From positions 1-24,000 of the forward strand of contig JBJHBL010000067.1 of the NCBI GenBank assembly GCA_050485465.1: DNA of 24,000 nucleotides. The letters are read 5' to 3'. Every line of letters begins with the position of its first letter. The first letter of the stretch is position 1. The translations under genes were made by a program, and so were the position numbers. Positions 17,459-24,000 of this stretch are shown piece by piece. This DNA comes from Limnoraphis sp. (lineage in GTDB: Bacteria > Cyanobacteriota > Cyanobacteriia > Cyanobacteriales > Microcoleaceae). The notes beneath the pieces were generated by a model. The model saw only the letters and a program-made list of their open reading frames with translations, was not told the DNA's origin and made no database searches.

Positions 17459-18658
17459 ATGTCAATTCAAGTTCTTAATTACTCTCTCCCACTGGTGCAG
17501 ATTGGGATAGTCATCTTTTGCTTGTTCATCATCGTTGTTGTTATCAAACTGACATTATCTGACCGTTGTATGAAAAATATGAATAACTCTGTTTTTAGGT
17601 CAATTCCCGCAAACTTTTCAGAGGTTTTTCCAAAGATTAAAATTAGACGAACATCTAAGCGAGTCTTAGCGACCAGTTTAGCACTAATGACCTGTTTAGT
17701 GATACTCAGTCCTCTCACCACTTTCCAAGCCGTTGCAGATTACGCTCGTCTTCCAAATCTACAACAAACCCTCATTTCTAGACAACCTAGCAATTCTTGG
17801 CCTTGGGAAAATAGTAGCATTCATCCCCTGGTTACTCAAATGCCCCGTTCAGCAGAAACCAGTATAACATCTGTTGCTCAATATATTGCCCAACGAGAAT
17901 CAAACCCATTTTTAGTGGTTAAAGCTTTTCATGATTATGTTGCAACCAAGATTGATTATGATTATGCTGCTTATCTGCGAAGATATTATCCGCCTCAAGA
18001 TGCTCAAACGGTATTTAGAACTCGTAAAGGCGTTTGTACTGGGTATGCTAGACTGATGCAAGCGCTGGGAAATGCAGTCGGTTTAGAAGTGGCTTATATT
18101 ACCGGAGATTATCGCACCCTCAATGGAAGTTTAAGCGGGGAAGGTCATGCTTGGAATGGGATTAAAATTAATGATAAATGGTATTTAATGGATGTGACTT
18201 GGGATGCAGGATATGTGAATGGTTCCCAATATGTCAAACATTACCGGACAAACTATTTATTGACGCCGCCTGAAGTCATGATTATGACTCATCTTCCTAA
18301 TGACCCCGGTTGGCAATTATTACCCCGTCCTTTATCTAGTCCTGAGTTTGTTAGACAGCCGACATTACAGCCTGAATTTTTTGCTGAAGGGTTCCGGTTA
18401 ATTTCCCCAAAACGTTCAGATGTTAAAGTTCTCAAAAGTATTGATATTCAGTTAGAAAACTCTAAAAATCGTTGGATCATGGCGGAAGTTGTACCGGAAG
18501 GAAATAGACAGAGTTTTCTGTGTAGTCCTCCGACTCGTCAAACCTCTCGTATTCCTTGTTCTTTACCGGGTATAGGGAGGCATGAAATAAGACTTTTTAG
18601 CAGTCAAGAACAGTATGGCACTTATCAATATTTAGGGGCGTTTCGGTTTACAACTTAA
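17459..18658 (+). CDS. Transglutaminase-like (papain-fold) domain protein, secreted or membrane-anchored
   Basis: Core motifs are RKGVCTGYARLMQALGNAVGLEV (Cys), GHAWNGIKINDKWYLMDVTWD (His and Asp). There is a signal-like stretch RRTSKRVLATSLALMTCLVILSPLTTFQAVA. The true start may be internal, for example the ATG at 17570. Confidence 0.8.
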   Translation: MSIQVLNYSLPLVQIGIVIFCLFIIVVVIKLTLSDRCMKNMNNSVFRSIPANFSEVFPKIKIRRTSKRVLATSLALMTCLVILSPLTTFQAVADYARLPNLQQTLISRQPSNSWPWENSSIHPLVTQMPRSAETSITSVAQYIAQRESNPFLVVKAFHDYVATKIDYDYAAYLRRYYPPQDAQTVFRTRKGVCTGYARLMQALGNAVGLEVAYITGDYRTLNGSLSGEGHAWNGIKINDKWYLMDVTWDAGYVNGSQYVKHYRTNYLLTPPEVMIMTHLPNDPGWQLLPRPLSSPEFVRQPTLQPEFFAEGFRLISPKRSDVKVLKSIDIQLENSKNRWIMAEVVPEGNRQSFLCSPPTRQTSRIPCSLPGIGRHEIRLFSSQEQYGTYQYLGAFRFTT

Positions 18659-18703
18659 TAGAGTTTTGCCGTCAAAAAAAAATAGGTAGAACTCCGAAAA
18701 AAT

Positions 18704-18759
18704 GGGGCGAGTTTAGTTGAATCTATGAGGGATATTATAGATGCCGGAGAACTCGCCCC
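18704..18759. repeat. Compound inverted repeat between convergent genes; probable terminator for the Uma2 gene
   Basis: GGGGCGAGTT (18704-13) pairs with AACTCGCCCC (18750-59). An inner ATCTAT/ATAGAT stem lies within. On the minus strand the hairpin is followed by ATTTTTTCGG. GGGGCGA...TCGCCCC hairpins are a common cyanobacterial intergenic repeat type. Confidence 0.5.
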
Positions 18760-18771
18760 TACAAAAATTTT

Positions 18772-19365
18772 TCATTCATTTTTGTCCTCAGTTTCAAAAT
18801 CAACTTTATCATAAATATCTAATAATTCTACTTGAACAGGAACCGAACTAAAAGATAATATTGCCTCCGAACTCGTATATTCTAAAAACGTCCATTGTTG
18901 CGGTTCAATTCGGGTGTATTGTTCAACTTGCAGGGTATACTGATTAATTAATACATATTCTTGAAAACTCGAAAATGTTCGATAGGCGGCGAACTTGTCA
19001 CCCCGATCGTAAGCTTCAGTTGACTTTGATAAGACTTCCACAATCATCAATGGATTTGTTAAGGTATCTCTGCGTCCTTCCGCATATTCAAGCGGGGGAA
19101 TCATCACCATAATATCGGGATAAGGGTAGATGCGTTTTTCAGGAATCCATAACCGTTGATCGGTGACGAAAACTTCATAGGGTTGTCGCTTCAAAGCAAA
19201 GTTTAACGCTGTCGCAACATTCAAAGCAATTTTATTATGATTGGGAGTTCCACCGGACACTTGAATAATTTCTCCGTTAATATATTCGTGACGTTCTTCT
19301 GAATTTACCTCAAATTCGAGATATTCGCCAGGTGTATAAGTTCGTTGATCTAGTGTTTGTGTCAT
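18772..19365 (-). CDS. Uma2 family (DUF820) PD-(D/E)xK-like endonuclease
   Basis: YTPGEYLEFEVNSEERHEYINGEIIQVSGGTPNHNKIALNVATALNFAL...VFVTDQRLWI...PDIMV...PLMIVEVLSKSTEAYDRGDKFAAYRTFSSFQEYVLINQ is the characteristic Uma2 layout, including the D...EVLS-K core. Confidence 0.85.
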   Translation of the reverse strand: MTQTLDQRTYTPGEYLEFEVNSEERHEYINGEIIQVSGGTPNHNKIALNVATALNFALKRQPYEVFVTDQRLWIPEKRIYPYPDIMVMIPPLEYAEGRRDTLTNPLMIVEVLSKSTEAYDRGDKFAAYRTFSSFQEYVLINQYTLQVEQYTRIEPQQWTFLEYTSSEAILSFSSVPVQVELLDIYDKVDFETEDKNE

Positions 19366-19460
19366 AATTTTAGTTTAACCTTGTGTTATTATAATAGAAT
19401 AATAAAATTATCAACAACCCAGTTTTTGATAATTTTAAGTTGATGCGATTCCTTGATAGA

Positions 19461-19507
19461 AGAACCTCTCCCTAAATCCCTCTCCTTCGAGGCGAAGGAC
19501 TTTGAAG
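19461..19507. repeat. 47-bp hairpin repeat, copy A
   Basis: agaacctctccctaaatccctctccttcgaggcgaaggactttgaag. It is identical to copy B at 41 of 47 positions. It contains the perfect hairpin TCCTTCG-AGG-CGAAGGA. Confidence 0.75.
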
Positions 19508-19516
19508 AACTTCTCC

Positions 19517-19951
19517 TTATTTCACTTCATCTGTATTAATTAAATTCATCGCTTGATTCAAAATTTCAATTCGATTAACCTTTTGTTCTAATTCCTGAGA
19601 ATCATAACGTCCTTCTTCTACTTCTAGAGAAGCTTGATCAATAGCATTCAAATAGGCTTCTTCTAGGGTTTCCATCAGTTCGTCTTGACTGAGATAATAA
19701 CCTCCCGCTTTACGTCGTTTATTTTCCCGTTGAATTTCTCGAACCGAGTTGCCAATGGAAACATCCCAGGAACGAGTGGTGCGATTTTCAGCTTGTTGTT
19801 TAATCAGATGGAGAAGTAAAATAATCCCATAGCTGCGAATCGTCTTTAAAATTGCTTTTCGACCCATTTCTTCTAGTTCCTCTACAATAGCAAGTGACCC
19901 TCGGATGTCGCCTTTCAGTAGCAATTGTTTTAACTCTAGAATTTCTTCCAT
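19517..19951 (-). CDS. DUF29-like four-helix protein
   Basis: Starts at ATG 19951 (the track uses TTG 19969). VEELEEMGRKAILKTIRSYGIILLLHLIKQQAENRTTRSWDVSIGNSVREI...LEEAYLNAIDQA follows the DUF29 pattern (E-LG...LL-HLLK-Q...RSW..TI...R.EI...AY..A). The N-terminus diverges from that pattern. Confidence 0.6.
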   Translation of the reverse strand: MEEILELKQLLLKGDIRGSLAIVEELEEMGRKAILKTIRSYGIILLLHLIKQQAENRTTRSWDVSIGNSVREIQRENKRRKAGGYYLSQDELMETLEEAYLNAIDQASLEVEEGRYDSQELEQKVNRIEILNQAMNLINTDEVK

Positions 19952-19991
19952 TATCTGAAAATTAATCAAGGATAGTTTTATTTTAGCATTG

Positions 19992-20038
19992 AGAACCTCT
20001 CCCTAAATCCCTCGCCTCGTAGGAGAGGGACTTTGAAG
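19992..20038. repeat. 47-bp hairpin repeat, copy B
   Basis: agaacctctccctaaatccctcgcctcgtaggagagggactttgaag, in the same orientation as copy A and 531 bp away. A different hairpin, CCCTC-g-CCT-cgt-AGG-a-GAGGG, occupies the variable core. Confidence 0.75.
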
Positions 20039-20099
20039 TTTGCGTAGTAGGTAATGCTTCTATAAAATATACTTTTAGTTATCCCACAGTTAAAGTTGT

Positions 20100-20756
20100 A
20101 TGCCATTTCCTCAAAACCAAGACCTCAAGGATGCCTTAATTTGTGTCTTATATCAAGATAAAAATCCCAATTATAAACTTAAAGTTGCAGATGTCTATGA
20201 AAAACTTGGAGATATTTTTGAATTGACCGATGAAGAACGAAATATCCTCTATTCAGAGTATACAAACTCATCAGAAGACCGATCATATTGGCAAACAAGA
20301 ACTCGTGCTGTTAGAAAATAACTTGTAGATCGAGATTTAATTTTTAAACCTTCTGAATCTGGGAAAGGCTACTGGCAAATTTCAAGTTTAGGGCGTGACT
20401 TTGCATTTAACTTGGGTTCAACATATCTGTACTTAAAAAATATAAAATCAAAGTATGCTGATCTAAAAGCAAAGCAGCAAAATGCAGAGACATTGAATCG
20501 TTTAGATGATTTTCAAGAAGAGTTTTCTGCTGAAGAAGGCAGAGAGTTGTATGAACAACATCGTAGTTTAGAGCGTAATTCAAAACTGGTTAGACAAGCT
20601 AAAATAATTCGGTTGAGCGAAGATCCCGAGTTACATTGTGAAGTTTATAATTTTTCTTTTGTAGAAACATACGGTGAAATTGGCTATGGTTGTATTGAGG
20701 CACACCATATTGTTCCGAAGCGGATCTGCTGTTATGACCCACTGCTCTTTTTTTAG
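20100..20756 (+). pseudogene. Decayed HNH endonuclease with an N-terminal winged-helix (Mrr_N-like) domain
   Basis: The ORFs 20100-20321 and 20412-20756 share one frame, interrupted only by TAA at 20319-20321 inside the wHTH pattern (YWQTRTRAVRK*LVDRDLI...GKGYWQISSLG). The HNH core reads HCEVYNFSF...YGEIGYGCIEAHHIVP, so the second Cys of CxxC is now Tyr. The frame degenerates after HHIVP (about 20717), and the distal Asn/His half of the motif is missing. Confidence 0.7.
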
Positions 20757-20847
20757 AGCCTGCTTCACTGCTTGGTGAAAAATATCCTTGGCTGCCACAG
20801 ATGAACTCCTAACCCTCTATTGTAATCGATATCAGTACCTTTTGATT

Positions 20848-21681
20848 TTACTCCGGTCTTAACAACCAAAACCCGCTATAAGTCATCCCCGAATCATCCG
20901 GTTGAACTAACAAAAAATGTAATCCTTTTGTTAACTGTTTGCGTTCGGTAAACATCTTCGCCGCTTCGCTAACTTCCGCATCTTCAAAGGTTGCTAACAC
21001 CCACCGATCAACTAATCCCGCTTCTAAAATTAATCCATCGGGAGAACCGGGAATATAATGCAAGGAAACAGGTTGATTTTCTGCTAACCAACGCGCCAAT
21101 TGCATCGACTGACGCCCACCATTAATAACAATACCAGGAACAGCAACCGTAGAAGGTAATTTCAAATGAATGGGATGCAAAAAATTCGGCATTTCTAAAA
21201 AAGGAATGGGGCGATCGCTAAACGCATCTATAATCTCTCCTGCGGGTAACGTTGCAAAGCGCCAAACCTCCCCCCATAAATTCTCAGGAATAGGAACAGG
21301 AGGCGGTTTATCCAAATCGATTGGTTTGTAGGGTTGGTTAGTATAACCTGCGAGTTTTGGATAATCTTCAACCCGTTGCTGTAACCACTGTTTAAGCGTA
21401 GCAGTGCGACGGTTAGGTTGAACAGGAATTTCTAACGCTCTGGCGGCAATTTCAAGTAAACTAAGAGATTGAGGACGAAACACCCAAATCCCATCCGGTT
21501 TCTCAGTTTGGGTTGCTTGTTGTAGCTGTTGAGTCAACCAAGCGGAATTCGCCTCAGACTGAGGACAAAAGGCGAGATATTCAAAATTCCGACTCTCGTC
21601 ACAAATCAATAACTCCCACAGGGGTTGTCCGGTGGTATCACCGAGGGGACGGCGATAAAAGTCAGCTTGCCAAATACGCAT
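20848..21681 (-). CDS. Tab2/ATAB2 family (DUF1092) RNA-binding protein
   Basis: MRIWQADFYRRPLGDTTGQPLWELLICDESRNFEYLAFCPQSEANSAWL is the hallmark Tab2 N-terminus. The ATG at 21681 is preferred over the track start at 21759, because family members begin at this motif. Confidence 0.8.
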   Translation of the reverse strand: MRIWQADFYRRPLGDTTGQPLWELLICDESRNFEYLAFCPQSEANSAWLTQQLQQATQTEKPDGIWVFRPQSLSLLEIAARALEIPVQPNRRTATLKQWLQQRVEDYPKLAGYTNQPYKPIDLDKPPPVPIPENLWGEVWRFATLPAGEIIDAFSDRPIPFLEMPNFLHPIHLKLPSTVAVPGIVINGGRQSMQLARWLAENQPVSLHYIPGSPDGLILEAGLVDRWVLATFEDAEVSEAAKMFTERKQLTKGLHFLLVQPDDSGMTYSGFWLLRPE

Positions 21682-21844
21682 GGGATAATGGGAATTCTGG
21701 CTAAAAATGCGGTTTTTATTAAGATCAAAGCTATCATTAATCTGAGTATTCGTGAACAAATCTGTATTTCACTTCTAAGACTTCCCCATCTTGTCCGACT
21801 GTGGTTAAGATGAATTCAATGTTATCAAGTACGTTTGCTGCACT

Positions 21845-23131
21845 ATGGATCTGGCTTTATCTAAATTTGGCAATCGTATGTCCCATTTAAGTGGGGTGCG
21901 TGCGATTATGAAAGATATTATTGAAACCCTTAGATCGGCTAAGGGAAAAGATTTTATTAATTTGAGTGCAGGTAATCCGGTGATTTTACCGGAAGTTGAA
22001 CAGCTTTGGCGAGATTGTACCGATCAACTTCTGTCGAGTCCCGAATATGGGGAAGTGATCTGTCGCTACGGTTCGAGTCAAGGCTATCAACCGTTTATCG
22101 ATGTGATTGTTGAAGATTTTAACTTCCGCTATGGACTTAATCTCAGCGATCGCAATATTTTGATTACTCCCGGAAGTCAATCAATTTATTTTTTCGCGGC
22201 GAATGCTTTTAGCGGCTACACGGAGGACGGATCGCTGAAAAAGGTGGTTTTACCCTTGAGTCCTGATTATACCGGATATGGCAGCGTCAGTCTGTTTCCT
22301 GAAGCGGTGGTGGCTTATCAACCCAGATTAGAGACTTTTCCGGAGAGTCATCGGTTCAAATATCATCCTGATTTTGATCGGTTTACGGTTGATGAAACGG
22401 TGGGTTCGATTATTTTTTCTCGTCCCTGTAACCCGACTGGAAATGTGTTGACCACTGAGGAAGTGCAGAAAATTGCAGCGATGGCAGTTCCTTACAATAT
22501 ACCTGTGTTTGTAGATTCGGCTTACGCCCCTCCGTTTCCGGCGTTGAATTTTACCGAGATGGAACCCATTTTTGGGGGAAATATTGTTCACTGTATTAGT
22601 TTATCAAAAGCGGGACTCCCCGGCGAACGGTTAGGCATAGCCATTGGGGATGAAAAAATTATTCAAGTTTTACAAGCTTTTCAAACGAATATTTGTATTC
22701 ATTCTTCTCGGTACGGACAGGCGATCGCAGCGAGGGCGATTGGTTCGGGAATGTTAGCTGATATTGCGATTGAGGTGATTCGCCCATTTTACCAAAACAA
22801 GTTTACCATTTTAGAGACTGCTTTAGATCAGGCAATGCCGAAAGATTTACCCTGGTATTTACATCGGGGAGAAGGGGCGATTTTTGCTTGGATCTGGTTT
22901 GAGGATTTACCGATTTCTGACTGGGAATTTTATCAACAGTTGAAGGAAGCAGGGGTGATTTGTGTACCGGGAAGTTCTTTTTTCCCGGGGTTATTGGAAG
23001 ATTGGCAGCATAAACAGCAATGTATCCGCATGAGTCTGACGGCAAGTGATGAGGAAATTGTCGAAGGAATGCAACGCTTGGCTGAGGTGACAGAACGAGT
23101 TTACCAGGGTGTGATGGCTCATCAGGTGTAA
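21845..23131 (+). CDS. avtA: Class I/II PLP-dependent aminotransferase, valine-pyruvate transaminase (AvtA) type
   Basis: It is collinear with AvtA: FGNRMSHLSGVRAIMKDI, SAGNPVILPE, ITPGSQSIYFFAANAF, KKVVLPLSPDYTGYG, NPTGNVLT. The PLP lysine context is SLSKAGLPGERLG. Confidence 0.8.
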   Translation: MDLALSKFGNRMSHLSGVRAIMKDIIETLRSAKGKDFINLSAGNPVILPEVEQLWRDCTDQLLSSPEYGEVICRYGSSQGYQPFIDVIVEDFNFRYGLNLSDRNILITPGSQSIYFFAANAFSGYTEDGSLKKVVLPLSPDYTGYGSVSLFPEAVVAYQPRLETFPESHRFKYHPDFDRFTVDETVGSIIFSRPCNPTGNVLTTEEVQKIAAMAVPYNIPVFVDSAYAPPFPALNFTEMEPIFGGNIVHCISLSKAGLPGERLGIAIGDEKIIQVLQAFQTNICIHSSRYGQAIAARAIGSGMLADIAIEVIRPFYQNKFTILETALDQAMPKDLPWYLHRGEGAIFAWIWFEDLPISDWEFYQQLKEAGVICVPGSSFFPGLLEDWQHKQQCIRMSLTASDEEIVEGMQRLAEVTERVYQGVMAHQV

Positions 23132-23440
23132 ACTGTGTTGACTATGCCAGTCTGACAGGGGGTATGGCAGATGTTGCTGTACTCTTTTCTGTTAGAAGTT
23201 GGGGACTTTTGGCGGTCTTTCGTTAAAATGAAATAGGGTGTTGTAACATTGATTTCCAAAATCAGCTTCAAAGTCTATTTGATCAGATGGTAACTCGTTG
23301 CAGATTATCGGTGAAGTTGTTTTAACTCTCCATACACTTTTTATTGAATTTCTCTTTAACGGGTAAATCATGATCTAAGTTCTCTGAAAACGGGTCTAGA
23401 TTAAGTTGATTTTCTCATTCGGACTTCAACAGGAGGAAAA

Positions 23441-24000
23441 GGTGTCTAGTACATCAAAATTAAATGAAGTTGTTGAACAATTAGAAAAAGATGTTAATCT
23501 CAATCGGATTAAAAAGGTGATGCTTTGTGCCTGTCGAGGACAGTGGGAAAATCATCAAGATCGATTAACTAATATTCCAACTCTGAATTTAGTCCAAGAA
23601 TTATACTGGAAAACTCAAACTCTAGAGAATCTCTATAATATTTTAGATAGAATTTTGTCTAAACTCAATAAAAAATCTCAATATACGCTGATTATTAATA
23701 CGATTATTAATCAAGTTGGACAACTTTATTTAGAAGAACAAGATAATCAATCTCTAGACTCAGTTCCTCAAAATCCTTCGGAATCGACTCTCACTCAAAA
23801 TTCTGAATTTTCAGAAGCAAGGTCTTCAAACCTTCCCTTAAATTCGATTTCTCCACTTCCTAATTTATATGATGTTCGATGGAGAATTATGCAGTATAGT
23901 AATCCCTTACGGGTCAAGATTTTACTGTTTTCAACTTTAGAAAAAGAGTTTGATTTTAGCCATCAAGAATGGTCTCAGCTTAAGTTACATAGTTTAGATG
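23441..24000 (+). CDS. Hypothetical protein, N-terminal fragment (runs off the right edge)
   Basis: AGGAGGA at 23430-36 precedes GTG at 23441. I hand-translated 186 codons to the window end with no stop (VSSTSKLNEVVEQLEKDVNLNRIKKVMLCACRGQWENHQDRL...). It is absent from the ORF track because it is incomplete. Confidence 0.55.

Noticed and set aside
17479-17721. An 80-aa minus-strand ORF
   Set aside because: It is antisense to the 5' end of the transglutaminase-like gene.
16076-21210. The HIP1-free 5-kb stretch as evidence that the islet is horizontally acquired
   Set aside because: A HIP1-free stretch of equal length (5064-10523) covers obviously native genes, so the absence is not discriminating at this scale.
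21513-22591. ORFs 21513-21704(+), 21625-21813(+), 21986-22180(-), 22328-22591(-) and 22803-23045(-)
   Set aside because: They are antisense or out-of-frame overlaps of tab2 and the avtA-like gene.

Overview
The window looks like ordinary chromosome from a cyanobacterium. It opens with the 5' end of psbA (photosystem II D1) on the minus strand. I counted 15 copies of the HIP1 octamer GCGATCGC, against well under one expected by chance. Most genes belong to cyanobacterial or green-lineage families: Tab2, DUF760, DUF2358, a DUF4327-like protein, a pentapeptide-repeat protein, Uma2 and a DUF29-like protein. I support 22 intact or partial CDSs and one decayed pseudogene. Housekeeping genes include rbfA, a nagZ-like GH3 hydrolase, an avtA-like aminotransferase, a two-domain rhodanese sulfurtransferase and an exbB-exbD pair. 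I found no tRNA, rRNA, regular CRISPR array, transposase, integrase or recognisable multi-gene defence or biosynthetic operon, and I cannot honestly name a new multi-gene system here. Six things merit a second look. (1) A GC-rich, hairpin-dense orphan element of about 340 bp lies between the convergent DUF482-like and exbD genes (5370-5713). (2) A small AT-rich accessory islet (18.66-20.85 kb) holds a Uma2 nuclease, a DUF29-like gene bracketed by two 47-bp hairpin repeats, and a triply damaged HNH endonuclease relic. (3) A 1221-aa protein fuses a polytopic membrane module, an alpha/beta-hydrolase-like module and a roughly 600-aa unassigned C-terminal region. (4) A trypsin-like protease without a leader peptide is fused to ten RTX nonapeptide repeats. 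(5) ExbB and ExbD both carry unusual low-complexity tails, and a 666-bp leader lies upstream of exbB. (6) The psbA promoter has an HLR1-like direct repeat over its -35 element. All family assignments come from reading motifs by eye, not from database searches.
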